Assembly: GCA_022425845.1 (NCBI GenBank)
Contig: JAKMEU010000135.1
Span: 1 to 35,815 of the forward strand
Reading direction: 5' to 3'
Length of the DNA stretch: 35,815 nucleotides
Source: Luminiphilus sp.
GTDB lineage: Bacteria; Pseudomonadota; Gammaproteobacteria; Pseudomonadales; Halieaceae
Within the stretch, counting starts at the first letter, position 1; every line of letters starts with the position of its first letter. Shown here piece by piece: positions 19,969 to 30,041 of the stretch. Position numbers and translations under genes: made by a program. Below the pieces are notes generated by a model. It searched no databases. It saw nothing but the letters and a program-made list of their open reading frames with translations, and was not told the DNA's origin.

Positions 19969-21669
19969 ATGGAGTGTGCCGGTATGGAGCCCAAGACCAG
20001 CCCCGGATTTGACGCCGGTAAATACCGCCCTTTTACCCCGGTTCCGAAATTGGATCGCCGGTGGCCTGACCGTGTCATTGAGCGGGCTCCGGAGTGGTGT
20101 TCGGTCGATCTTCGGGATGGGAACCAGGCTCTGGTCGAGCCCATGAACGCGCAGCAGAAACTGCGACTGTGGGAGCAGCTGGTGGCCATCGGCTTCAAAA
20201 CGATCGAGGTCGGCTTTCCCTCGGCTTCCAGCCATGATTACGATTTTCTTCGCAAGTTGATCGAAGAGAATCGCATCCCCGACCATGTCACGGTGCAGGT
20301 GCTTGTTCAGGCCCGTGCCGAGCTGATTACCAAGACCTTTGAGGCGCTAAAGGGCGTCAAACGCGCCGTCGTGCATTTTTACAATTCCACCTCAACCGTG
20401 CAGCGCCGCGATGTCTTCAAGCTGGATCGTGAAGGAATCATAGACATTGCGGTTCAGGGAGCGACCCTTGTCAAAGCCGAGGCGATGCGGCACCCGAACA
20501 CCGAGTGGATTTTTGAGTACAGCCCCGAGAGCTTTACCGGCACTGAATTGGACTTTGCGGTGGAGATCTGTGATGCCGTAAATCGCGTGTTGCAGCCGAC
20601 ACCGGAACGCCCCGCAATTATTAATCTGCCGGCCACTGTCGAGATGAGCACACCCAATATTTATGCTGACCAAATTGAGTGGTTCTGCGACCACGTCGCC
20701 AACCGTGATGCCTTGATGATCTCCCTCCACACCCACAACGACCGCGGCTGTGCCGTGGCAGCCGCAGAGTTGGGTGTGATGGCGGGTGCTGATCGTGTCG
20801 AGGGGACGCTCATGGGTAATGGTGAGCGCACAGGCAACATGGATATCGTGACCATGGCCATGAATCTGTACAGTCAGGGAATCGACCCGGAGCTGGCGTT
20901 CGACAACATGGACGCGATTATTGCGACAGTGCGGGAATGTACCCAGCTCCCGGTTCACCCTCGCCACCCTTATGCGGGAGAGCTGGTATTTACCGCCTTT
21001 TCGGGTAGCCATCAGGATGCCATCAACAAATGCCTCGCCCTGCGGGATGCTGAAGATCCCTGGGATGTGGCCTACCTACCTATCGATCCCAGGGATATCG
21101 GCCGCACCTACCAGGAGGTGATAAGAATCAACAGCCAGTCCGGTAAAGGCGGTGTCGCTTACGTGCTGCATCGGGATTACGGCTATGACCTGCCGCGTTG
21201 GCTGCAAATTGACTTCAGTACGGCGGTACAGCGTCTGGCTGAGGAAAGCGAGGCGGAGGTGGCGTCTGAGCAAATCCACCGTCTGTTTTGCGATACCTAC
21301 ATTCAGCCTGAAGGCACGTGGACGCTCGACCGGTATGAGGTGGTTAAAGAAGGCGCCGAGCATGAGTTGACGGCCGTTATTGGGGTGCCCGGCGGAGAGA
21401 GGCGAATACAGGGCCGGGGTGCCGGAGTCCTCGACGCCTTCATCGACGCGATGGAGCGAGTAACCGGCAAGCGCATGGTCCTTGTTGAGTACAGCGAGCA
21501 TACCCTGGGCAAAAGTTCGGATGCTGAGGCTGTCTGCTATGTGCAGGTGAATCTCGATGGCGAGCGGCCCTGCGGTGTGGGCCGAAGCCCCGACATCGTT
21601 CAGGCGACGCTGAACGCTGTGCTGTCGGCATTGCAGGGCCATTGCCAGATTGCAGTAGACGCTGCCTGA
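19969..21669 (+). CDS. leuA: 2-isopropylmalate synthase (LeuA type 2, yeast/actinobacterial-like)
   Basis: SVDLRDGNQAL, EYSPESFTGTE, NLPATVEM, HTHNDRG, GERTGN, FSGSHQDAI, RINSQSGKGG, and a C-terminal regulatory domain. Alternative start at 19984. Confidence 0.96.
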   Translation: MECAGMEPKTSPGFDAGKYRPFTPVPKLDRRWPDRVIERAPEWCSVDLRDGNQALVEPMNAQQKLRLWEQLVAIGFKTIEVGFPSASSHDYDFLRKLIEENRIPDHVTVQVLVQARAELITKTFEALKGVKRAVVHFYNSTSTVQRRDVFKLDREGIIDIAVQGATLVKAEAMRHPNTEWIFEYSPESFTGTELDFAVEICDAVNRVLQPTPERPAIINLPATVEMSTPNIYADQIEWFCDHVANRDALMISLHTHNDRGCAVAAAELGVMAGADRVEGTLMGNGERTGNMDIVTMAMNLYSQGIDPELAFDNMDAIIATVRECTQLPVHPRHPYAGELVFTAFSGSHQDAINKCLALRDAEDPWDVAYLPIDPRDIGRTYQEVIRINSQSGKGGVAYVLHRDYGYDLPRWLQIDFSTAVQRLAEESEAEVASEQIHRLFCDTYIQPEGTWTLDRYEVVKEGAEHELTAVIGVPGGERRIQGRGAGVLDAFIDAMERVTGKRMVLVEYSEHTLGKSSDAEAVCYVQVNLDGERPCGVGRSPDIVQATLNAVLSALQGHCQIAVDAA

Positions 21670-21752
21670 GCGCTATATTCCAAGCTGTTTAGTTTCTCGC
21701 CCTGTGCCACACTGGGTGCAGCACGCTAGTCCAACGCAGGCAGCAGGGGACA

Positions 21753-22892
21753 ATGGCCGATCCGGTAAAAGATAAACCGCTCTATGACGCGATGGGCTAT
21801 CAAAGCCATGCGCGGTTTTGGCGTGGCTTGCTGAGCAACGATATCGGCTCCAGTGCAGGACTGGACCCCCAGGACGTCCAGATCGAGCGACGGCTGGTCC
21901 TTTACCGGCTCATGTTGGTCATTATGTTGGTTGCTGCGGGCACGGTGCTGGCTGGAGCGCTTCTCACTAAGCCGCAACCCGTCCTGCTGTCGATCTTCTC
22001 GGGGGTTACCACCTTACTGCTCGCAGGATCTGCCGTGCAGATTTACATGCAGGGTCGCATCCTTTTGCCCCCCGTGGTTTCTCTGGGACTGACCATCACC
22101 ACGGTGATATGGGCGGTGAGTCAGGGCGGCTACCAACAGGAGTTGTGGCTTTTCCCACTGATGATAGCCCTCACGGCGTTGTTGCCGCTTCGGGCCGCCC
22201 TGGTGGCAGGTGGATTGACACTGATTGCCCTTGTGCTGGTGCAGGGGTGGCAGGGCTTCGGAGAGGAAATAGCAAAGCATGCAGCGTTGTTTTCCACGTG
22301 GCTGTTCAGTCTTGCCATCATGCAGCTCCTGACGCGCCAGACCGATGAGCTGGCTGATCTGGCATTGACCGACCCACTGACCGGAGCGTTCAACCGACGC
22401 TATCTTTTGCCCCAGACCCGGCGTCACCTGGCAGATTTTCAGCGCTACGCGCGACTGTCTTCATTGCTCCTTATTGATATCGACTACTTTAAAAGCATCA
22501 ATGATGAGATGGGTCACGTAGAGGGAGACCGGGTTTTAAAGGCGTTAGTGGAACTGATCGAGGGCCGTATTCGTGGCGTAGATATGCTATTCCGGCTGGG
22601 AGGGGAGGAGTTCGTCGTCCTGCTCAGTCAGGTGGGCGCACAAACGGCGCGAAAAATAGCAGAGGAATTACGCACCAAAATTGCGGCCCAGGAAGTTATT
22701 CCGGGCAGGCGCGTCACTGTCAGCATAGGGGTCTGCGATGTTACTGGGGTCGATTCTGCGGAAGAGTGGTTGGAGCACGTGGATCGGGCTATGTATGAAG
22801 CAAAACGCCAGGGTCGTGACCGGGTTCATCTCGACAGTGCGCCCCCACGTGACCCATCCAGCATTGAGGGTACCCTTTCGATGTGGCGTTAA
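21753..22892 (+). CDS. Membrane-bound diguanylate cyclase (about 6 TM helices + GGDEF)
   Basis: Hydrophobic N-terminal half, then TDPLTGAFNRR, DIDYFKSINDEMGHVEGD, I-site RGVD five residues before GGEEF, and AMYEAKRQGRDR. Confidence 0.93.
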   Translation: MADPVKDKPLYDAMGYQSHARFWRGLLSNDIGSSAGLDPQDVQIERRLVLYRLMLVIMLVAAGTVLAGALLTKPQPVLLSIFSGVTTLLLAGSAVQIYMQGRILLPPVVSLGLTITTVIWAVSQGGYQQELWLFPLMIALTALLPLRAALVAGGLTLIALVLVQGWQGFGEEIAKHAALFSTWLFSLAIMQLLTRQTDELADLALTDPLTGAFNRRYLLPQTRRHLADFQRYARLSSLLLIDIDYFKSINDEMGHVEGDRVLKALVELIEGRIRGVDMLFRLGGEEFVVLLSQVGAQTARKIAEELRTKIAAQEVIPGRRVTVSIGVCDVTGVDSAEEWLEHVDRAMYEAKRQGRDRVHLDSAPPRDPSSIEGTLSMWR

Positions 22893-23742
22893 ACGCCTGT
22901 TTCTGGTCGGCATACTGCTGACGCAGGCTGCCTGCTCCAGCACCACATTTTTTTACAACCGCCTAGATACCATCATCAATTGGTATGTTGATGATTACGT
23001 TACCCTCACCAAAGACCAGCGCGCAGATTTTGATCGTCGGTTGGCAACTTTGCTCGACTGGCATCGTCGCGAGGAGCTGCCCCGCTATACGGCATTATTG
23101 ACCCAGTTCGAAATGGGATTAGACCCCACCCTGGAAGCGACCACGGTTGAATATCTCTTTACAGAGCTCTCGAATGCCGCCGATCGTCTTGAGGTGCGGA
23201 CGCTTGACCTGATGATTGAGTTTGGTGAGACGCTGAGTCCCGAACAACGCCTGGAATTCATGGCGGAATTGCAGCGAGAACAGGAGGAGCAACGGGAGAC
23301 GTTGTTGGAGCGCACTGACGCAGAGTATCAGGACGATGCCCGGGAGCGGCTTTCGGATAATCTGGCCCGTTTTATGGGCAGGTTAAGCGCAGACCAGAAA
23401 ACAGGCATTGAAGAGCACGTTCAGGCGTATCGCCGGTTCGACGGGCCCTGGCTGGATGACAGGGCGCGATGGATCGCCCAGCTGGATGCCATCCTCACCC
23501 AGGGAGATCCCGATTGGCCGGTACAGGTTCGAGCGGTTCTTGCGGGGCGAGAAAGCGCCCGGTCAGCCGATTACATCCGCGTTTACGAAAACAACAGTCG
23601 GGTATCCCGTGCCGTGTTCAGGGATGTCATTAATTTACGCAGTGCCAAACAGGACCAGCGACTCCGCCGAAAAATAAACGACTATCGCGATGATTTTGTT
23701 GTCCTTACGGCACAGGCAGATAAACGCTCAGTCAAGCAGTGA
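22864..23742 (+). CDS. Putative lipoprotein (DUF6279-like)
   Basis: [15 protein letters not shown] lipobox-like signal, then [16 protein letters not shown] and [10 protein letters not shown]. Start uncertain: in-frame TTG 22864 or GTG 22849, both inside the GGDEF gene. Confidence 0.75.
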   Translation: MRVPFRCGVKRLFLVGILLTQAACSSTTFFYNRLDTIINWYVDDYVTLTKDQRADFDRRLATLLDWHRREELPRYTALLTQFEMGLDPTLEATTVEYLFTELSNAADRLEVRTLDLMIEFGETLSPEQRLEFMAELQREQEEQRETLLERTDAEYQDDARERLSDNLARFMGRLSADQKTGIEEHVQAYRRFDGPWLDDRARWIAQLDAILTQGDPDWPVQVRAVLAGRESARSADYIRVYENNSRVSRAVFRDVINLRSAKQDQRLRRKINDYRDDFVVLTAQADKRSVKQ

Positions 23743-25569
23743 TAAATCCCTCACCGCGCCTTTGTCAGCACTGGTCACCATCCGCGCATAGACCTTCAAT
23801 GCGGCGCTGACCTGTCTGGGACGTTTCTCCCGGGGCTGCCACGGTCGCTCGGATGCGGCCATGGCCGCACGTCGCGCCTCGAGCCTATCTCCGTCGATTA
23901 AAACGTTGATACGCCGGTTGGGAATGTCGATTTCAATGGGGTCGCCTGTCTCCACCAGAGCAATGGTGCCGCCGGCAGCGGCCTCTGGTGAAACATGTCC
24001 GATGGACAGCCCCGACGTGCCCCCCGAGAACCGACCATCAGTCACCAGTGCGCAGGCCTTGCCCAGACCCTTGGACTTCAGATAGCTGGTGGGATAGAGC
24101 ATCTCCTGCATACCGGGCCCGCCTCTTGGTCCCTCATAGCGGATAATCAGAACCGCACCCGCCGCCACACGATCTTCCAGTATGTCGGCTACCGCCGCTT
24201 CCTGGCTTTCGCAAATATGGGCGGGGCCCGTAAAGGTCAGGATGCTGTCATCCACGCCGGCCGTCTTAACCACACATCCATCTTCCGCGATATTACCAAA
24301 CAGAACAGCCAGGCCACCTTCGGTTGAATAGGCATGCTCGAAATCCCGCACGCAGCCGCCGGCACGATCGAGGTCAAGGGTGGGCCAGCGCGTCGCCTGG
24401 CTGAAGGCCTGCTGGGTGGGTATGCCGCCGGGCCCGGCCGAGAAGAGCTTGTGGGCGTCAGCGTTGTCCGTGGCCGCGATGTCCCATTCTGCAAGGGCAG
24501 CGGCCAGCGTATCGCTATGAACGGTGGTTGCCGAGGTATCGATAAGCCCGCCTCGGGCCAACTCACCCAGTATGGCCATAACGCCCCCAGCCCTGTGAAC
24601 GTCTTCCATATGGTACAGCGGTGTACTGGGCGCTACTTTGCACAGCTGGGGGACCTTGCGGCTCAAGGTGTCAATGTCCGCCATGGAAAAATCAAGCCCT
24701 GCTTCCTGAGCTGCGGCCAACAGGTGCAGGATGGTGTTGGTCGAGCCGCCCATTGCGATGTCAAGGCACATGGCATTTTCAAAGGCCGTCCGGTTGGCGA
24801 TGTTTCGGGGAAGGGCTGATGCATCGTCCTGTTCATACCACCGGCGCGCGAGGGTAACCGCGACGCGCCCCGCACGGCGAAATAAGGACTCACGATCGGC
24901 ATGGGTTGCCAGCAGCGATCCGTTGCCCGGCAGGCTCAAGCCCAGCGCTTCAGTCAGGCAATTCATTGAGTTGGCAGTGAACATACCCGAGCAGGATCCG
25001 CAGGTCGGGCAGGCAGAGCGCTCGTAGGCCTCAACGGTTGCGTCATCAGCCGATTCATCCGCGGCAATGACCATGGCGTCCACCAGATCGAGCTTGTTTT
25101 CAGAAAGCTTGGTTTTGCCCGCTTCCATCGGGCCGCCCGATACGAATACACAGGGAATGTTGAGTCGCATGGCAGCGTTCAACATCCCGGGAGTGATCTT
25201 GTCACAGTTCGAGATGCAGACCATGGCGTCGGCGCAATGTGCGTTCACCATGTACTCCACGGAGTCTGCAATGATGTCACGGGAGGGCAGGCTGTACAGC
25301 ATGCCGTCGTGGCCCATGGCGATTCCGTCGTCTACGGCAATGGTATTGAATTCTTTGGCAACCCCGCCTGCCGCCTCGATTTCACGGGCCACCAGTTGAC
25401 CGAGATCCTTCAGGTGCACGTGACCGGGCACGAACTGGGTGAATGAGTTCACCACTGCGATAATGGGTTTTTCAAAATCGCTGTCTGTCATGCCGGTTGC
25501 GCGCCACAAAGCACGCGCCCCTGCCATGTTGCGGCCAGCGGTGGAGGTCTTCGATCTGTACTGTGGCAT
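23728..25569 (-). CDS. ilvD: Dihydroxy-acid dehydratase
   Basis: [70 protein letters not shown]. Confidence 0.98.
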   Translation of the reverse strand: MPQYRSKTSTAGRNMAGARALWRATGMTDSDFEKPIIAVVNSFTQFVPGHVHLKDLGQLVAREIEAAGGVAKEFNTIAVDDGIAMGHDGMLYSLPSRDIIADSVEYMVNAHCADAMVCISNCDKITPGMLNAAMRLNIPCVFVSGGPMEAGKTKLSENKLDLVDAMVIAADESADDATVEAYERSACPTCGSCSGMFTANSMNCLTEALGLSLPGNGSLLATHADRESLFRRAGRVAVTLARRWYEQDDASALPRNIANRTAFENAMCLDIAMGGSTNTILHLLAAAQEAGLDFSMADIDTLSRKVPQLCKVAPSTPLYHMEDVHRAGGVMAILGELARGGLIDTSATTVHSDTLAAALAEWDIAATDNADAHKLFSAGPGGIPTQQAFSQATRWPTLDLDRAGGCVRDFEHAYSTEGGLAVLFGNIAEDGCVVKTAGVDDSILTFTGPAHICESQEAAVADILEDRVAAGAVLIIRYEGPRGGPGMQEMLYPTSYLKSKGLGKACALVTDGRFSGGTSGLSIGHVSPEAAAGGTIALVETGDPIEIDIPNRRINVLIDGDRLEARRAAMAASERPWQPREKRPRQVSAALKVYARMVTSADKGAVRDLSLLD

Positions 25570-25615
25570 GCTGTGTTCTCCCGGTTCGGGGCGGAAGTCT
25601 ACCAGTTGGAGGACG

Positions 25616-26920
25616 CTAGTCGAGGCGCCTGATCAGCACCTTGGAGTTTCGCTGCAGGTTATAAAGTTGCTTTTTCTCCTCGGGCAGGTTGTCCAGGGAA
25701 GAGTTTTCAAACCCCTGTTCGATAAACCAGTGGGTTGTTTGCGTCGTGAGCACAAATAAAGCGCCAATGCCCATCTGTGTGGCTTTGGTGGTCAATAAAG
25801 CCAGCAGGTGCGTACCTCGGCCGTCACCGCGGTAGTCTGGGTGTGTCGCGATACAGGCGACTTCCGCCATGTCAGCGGTGGTCGAGGGGTAGAGTGCAGC
25901 ACAGGCAACGACCCGTCCATCCCGTTCCATAACAATGAAGTTGCCGATTTCCTGTTCCAGCCGCTCCCGGGAACGCCGCACCAACACGCCACTTTCTTCC
26001 AGGGGCTGAACCAGCTCCAAAACCCCGGCAATATCATCGACGGTGGCGGTGCGGTGCTGTTCGTAGGCGGCCTCGCTCACCAAGGTGCCCGCGCCATCAT
26101 GGGTGAACAACTCATCGATCAGCGCACCGTTGCGCTCATAGCTGAGCAGATGGACTCGGTTGACGCCCTGCTCGCAGGCTCGGCAGGCGGCGTCCCGGCG
26201 CATGGCCTGCTCAGGGTCGGACAGCATCAACTGCCTGGCGGCCTCTACGGTGCATTGGCGCAGCAGTTTGCCATCGGCATCACAAAGGCCCTCGGCGCGA
26301 TCCAATATGATCAACTTGTCTGCACCCAGGGCAACGGCTGCCGCTGTGGCCACTTCGTCCGAGCTGAGATTGAACACCTCACCGGTGGGTGAAAACCCCA
26401 GTGGCGACAGCAGCAGGATAGCCTGATTATCCAGCGTGGCCGCCATGCCGATCGCATCCAGCCTGCGCACAGCGCCGGTGAATTGAAAATCAACGCCATC
26501 CACTACCCCCACGGGTCGCGCGGTGATGAAGTTGCCGCTGACCACCCGAAGCCGGGCACCACGCATGGGGGAGTCGGGCAGCCCCTGGGATAATTGGCTT
26601 TCGAGTTGCAGGCGTTGGGTAGCGGCCACGTCCCGTACAACGCCCAACACCTCGCTGTCGGTTACACGGATCCCTTTGTGTAGCTGACTTGAGATTCCAA
26701 GCGCTTCCAGTGCCAGCTCCACCTCGCTGCGGGTTGCATGGACGAGGACCAGCCGGATTCCGAGCAGGTGCAGCAGGGAGAGATCATGAATCAGATGACT
26801 GAACTGATCGCTATCCAGTGCGCCGTTACCCAGATAGATCACAAAGGTCCGACCCCGATGGGACCGGATGTAGGGGCTGGTGTGTCTAAACCAGTCTATG
26901 TGATCGTTTGACGGCGCCAC
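25616..26920 (-). CDS. argA: Amino-acid N-acetyltransferase (AAK + GNAT two-domain N-acetylglutamate synthase)
   Basis: [68 protein letters not shown]. Confidence 0.96.
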   Translation of the reverse strand: MAPSNDHIDWFRHTSPYIRSHRGRTFVIYLGNGALDSDQFSHLIHDLSLLHLLGIRLVLVHATRSEVELALEALGISSQLHKGIRVTDSEVLGVVRDVAATQRLQLESQLSQGLPDSPMRGARLRVVSGNFITARPVGVVDGVDFQFTGAVRRLDAIGMAATLDNQAILLLSPLGFSPTGEVFNLSSDEVATAAAVALGADKLIILDRAEGLCDADGKLLRQCTVEAARQLMLSDPEQAMRRDAACRACEQGVNRVHLLSYERNGALIDELFTHDGAGTLVSEAAYEQHRTATVDDIAGVLELVQPLEESGVLVRRSRERLEQEIGNFIVMERDGRVVACAALYPSTTADMAEVACIATHPDYRGDGRGTHLLALLTTKATQMGIGALFVLTTQTTHWFIEQGFENSSLDNLPEEKKQLYNLQRNSKVLIRRLD

Positions 26921-26997
26921 GTTGTTTTGCCTCCGTAGAAAGCGCGAAGATTACCTGAAACCCCCTCGTGGAATCTCGGAAATTGTTGGCTGAGCGT

Positions 26998-28170
26998 TTA
27001 AAGGCAATGGTGGGCGATAAGCTGCTTGATCACATCAATAGCCGGGCGCAACTGATCCATGGGCATGTATTCATCGGGTTGGTGGGCGACATCAATAGAC
27101 CCGGGCCCCAGGACAATCGTTTCCAGCCCTAGCCGCTGCAGGAAGGGCGCTTCCGTTGCGAAGTTGACGGCACCCGCCGCACATCCGGTTACTGCCTCGG
27201 CTGCTATGACCGCTGCACTATCCTCGGCTTGTTCAAAAGCGGGCACGGGCTCTACCAGCCGACGCATTTCAATATCGATGCCGTGTGCGCTGGCGAGTGC
27301 CGTGAGGCGCTGATTAAGCGCTGTTTCAATGTCCTGGTACGCCAGGCCCGGCAGCATTCGCACATCAAAACTGAAGTCCAGTTCGCCGCAAATCCTGTTG
27401 GGACTGTCGCCGCCATGCAGACAGCCAAAGTTAATTGTCGGTGTCGGTACCGCCAGCAGCTCGCAGCGGAATTCCTGTGCCAGCTCTGCGCGATAGCGGT
27501 CAAAGAGTGTGAGCAGTGCGGGGACAACGTCGATCACGTTGCGTCCCAGCGACGGGTCCGAGGAATGCCCGCTGCGCCCCGACAAGCGAACGCCTTGCAT
27601 CATGATGCCTTTGTGCAGCCGTATGGGTTGCAGGTTGGTGGGTTCCCCGATGATCGCTGCACTGGCCCCCTTCAGCGCGTCCACGGGTAGTTCACGCGCA
27701 CCGCGCATGGTGCTCTCCTCATCGGCGGTGGCAAGCAGGTAGAGCGGTGCATGCAGCTCATGCAGGTCGAGCTCGGCAATGGCTGCCAGGGCGACCGGGA
27801 AAAATCCTTTCATGTCGGTGCTGCCCAAGCCAAACAGCCCGCCATCCCGCTCTACCAGGGCGAGGGGGTCAGATTGCCAACGGCCCTCGTCGAAGGGCAC
27901 GGTGTCCGTGTGCCCCGACAACACCAGGCCGCCGCTTTGTTCGTTTGAGGGTGCTTCGGGGCCCAGCCGAGCAATGAGATTGGCTTTTCCACCGGGTCCC
28001 GGCTGCAGGGGCTGCACCGCCACCTTGAAGCCCAGTTCGTCGGTAAACCCCGCCAGCTTCTCGATTACTCCCCGGTTTGAGGTGTCCCATTGAGGGTCGG
28101 GGGAGCTCACGGAGGGCTCGGCAACAAGTTGCTTAAGTTGCTGTACAACCCGTTGTTCGGTGGTGGGCAT
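26998..28170 (-). CDS. argE: Acetylornithine deacetylase (M20 family)
   Basis: SGHTDTVP, GLGSTDMKGF, ADEESTM.GA, GEPT, GHSSDP, FATEAPF, GPGSIDVAHQPDEY. Start trimmed to ATG 28170. Directly upstream of argA. Confidence 0.95.
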   Translation of the reverse strand: MPTTEQRVVQQLKQLVAEPSVSSPDPQWDTSNRGVIEKLAGFTDELGFKVAVQPLQPGPGGKANLIARLGPEAPSNEQSGGLVLSGHTDTVPFDEGRWQSDPLALVERDGGLFGLGSTDMKGFFPVALAAIAELDLHELHAPLYLLATADEESTMRGARELPVDALKGASAAIIGEPTNLQPIRLHKGIMMQGVRLSGRSGHSSDPSLGRNVIDVVPALLTLFDRYRAELAQEFRCELLAVPTPTINFGCLHGGDSPNRICGELDFSFDVRMLPGLAYQDIETALNQRLTALASAHGIDIEMRRLVEPVPAFEQAEDSAAVIAAEAVTGCAAGAVNFATEAPFLQRLGLETIVLGPGSIDVAHQPDEYMPMDQLRPAIDVIKQLIAHHCL

Positions 28171-28271
28171 AACGTGTTTTCCTGAATTTTCACGTTGAGA
28201 GTAACCAAAAATTCCCCCAACAGTCGGTTGTTTAACGGTGACATGCCGTTTCCAGTGCGTAAACTGCAACA

Positions 28272-30041
28272 ATGGACGACTGCCTGCAAATAGCCCCCGA
28301 AACCCGCCTTGATGTTGTCAGCCTTGCTGAGGGGCTGACCCGAGCGGGACGCTTATCGGCAAAGAATCTGGTGCGGCTCAAGTCGGTCACCCAAACCCGC
28401 GTCCACCCCCTGATATTCCTGGCAGAGCAAAAGTTGCCTGATTTCAGCGCCACCGGAGAGGTGCTGGATATGCCCGCGCTGCTTGCTTTTCTGTCAGAGC
28501 AGACGGGGCAATCGGTTGTGGATATTGACCCGTTGAAAATTGACACCCGGGCGATTGCTGAAGTCATGTCTGAGGGGTTTGCTGAGCGCCATCACATTCT
28601 GGCTGTTGCCGTGGATGAGCAGGCGGTAACTGTGGCCAGCGCTGAGCCCTGGATCACCCGATGGGAAAAAGACCTTGAGCATGTTACCCGCCTTCCCATC
28701 AAGCGGGTCCTCGCTGACCCTCGTGACATCACAAGACACACCAAAGAATTTTATACCATGGCGCGCTCCGTGCAGGGCGCACGGGCCCTTGCCCGCGGAG
28801 AGGGCGGCAAACTGGCCAATCTTGAAGCGATGGTTCAGTTGGGCGGCAAGTCAGAGCCGGACGCCAATGACCAGCATATCGTCAGCGTTGTGGACTGGTT
28901 GCTGCAATATGCTTTTGAGCAGCGAGCCAGCGATATCCACATCGAGCCGCGTCGCGATTTGGGTATCGTTCGGTTTCGAATCGATGGTGTGCTGCACAAG
29001 GTTTATGAATTGCCGGCGGCGGTAGCCTCTGCTGTGACCAGTCGATTCAAAATACTGGCTCGGCTTGACGTGGCCGAAAAACGGCGTCCACAGGATGGCA
29101 GGCTCAAGACCCGAACTCCCGACGGCAACGAGGTGGAGCTGCGCCTATCGACCCTGCCCACAGCGTTTGGCGAAAAGCTCGTCATGCGAATCTTTGATCC
29201 CGACGTGCTGCTGAAGAGCTTCGAGGAATTGGGTCTCCGGGGGGAGGACTACGATCGGTGGCAAAGCATGATCGAGCAGGGCACGGGTATTGTCCTGGTG
29301 ACCGGGCCGACAGGGTCGGGCAAGACTACAACGCTGTACTCCACGTTGCGCCAGCTGGCCACCTCGGATGTCAATGTCTGCACGATTGAGGATCCCATAG
29401 AGATGGTTGAGCCTGCGTTCAACCAGATGCAGGTAAACCCCAGCATCGATTTGGACTTCGCCTCCGGAGTGCGAGCTCTCATGCGACAGGACCCAGACAT
29501 CATCATGGTGGGCGAGATCCGCGACTTGGAAACGGCCAATATGGCTATTCAGGCGGCACTGACCGGACACCTGGTGTTGAGCACGCTGCACACCAACGAC
29601 TCCCCCGGAGCGATCTCTAGGCTGGTTGAACTGGGCGTTCCCGCCTTCCTGATTAGGGCGACGGTGCGGGGTGTGATGTCACAGCGACTGGTCAGGACGC
29701 TGTGCCCAAGCTGCAAGAAACTCGAGCCTGCCAATGCCGAGGACTGGAAAACGCTGGTGGCGGATTACCCTACAGCTATGCCTGAAGAGTTGTACCGACC
29801 GGTGGGCTGTAAAGCCTGCAGGGAGACGGGGTATTTGGGCCGCGAGGGGATTTATGAGGTGTTGGTTGCAGACCCCGGTGTCCAGGAAGTAATTACTGAG
29901 GGACATGATCTTCGTAAAATTCGCGAATGTTCTGTAGCGGCAGGCATGGTGCCGCTGCGGGTTGCTGGAGCGGAAAAAGTGGCGCGGGGTGAAACAACCC
30001 TTGAAGAGGTGATGCGCGTAGCGCCCGCGATTGATGACTGA
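28272..30041 (+). CDS. GspE/PulE/PilB-family secretion ATPase (stand-alone)
   Basis: RASDIHIEP, RRPQDG, Walker A GPTGSGKTT, Asp box TIEDPIE, Walker B DIIMVGEIRD, His box GHLVLSTLHTND, tetracysteine CPSC...CKAC. Confidence 0.94.
   Translation: MDDCLQIAPETRLDVVSLAEGLTRAGRLSAKNLVRLKSVTQTRVHPLIFLAEQKLPDFSATGEVLDMPALLAFLSEQTGQSVVDIDPLKIDTRAIAEVMSEGFAERHHILAVAVDEQAVTVASAEPWITRWEKDLEHVTRLPIKRVLADPRDITRHTKEFYTMARSVQGARALARGEGGKLANLEAMVQLGGKSEPDANDQHIVSVVDWLLQYAFEQRASDIHIEPRRDLGIVRFRIDGVLHKVYELPAAVASAVTSRFKILARLDVAEKRRPQDGRLKTRTPDGNEVELRLSTLPTAFGEKLVMRIFDPDVLLKSFEELGLRGEDYDRWQSMIEQGTGIVLVTGPTGSGKTTTLYSTLRQLATSDVNVCTIEDPIEMVEPAFNQMQVNPSIDLDFASGVRALMRQDPDIIMVGEIRDLETANMAIQAALTGHLVLSTLHTNDSPGAISRLVELGVPAFLIRATVRGVMSQRLVRTLCPSCKKLEPANAEDWKTLVADYPTAMPEELYRPVGCKACRETGYLGREGIYEVLVADPGVQEVITEGHDLRKIRECSVAAGMVPLRVAGAEKVARGETTLEEVMRVAPAIDD

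Noticed and set aside
28171-28196. AACGTG-N14-CACGTT inverted repeat in the argE/ATPase spacer as an ArgR box
   Set aside because: Only 6-bp arms, and no good match to the ARG-box consensus I know; could be chance.
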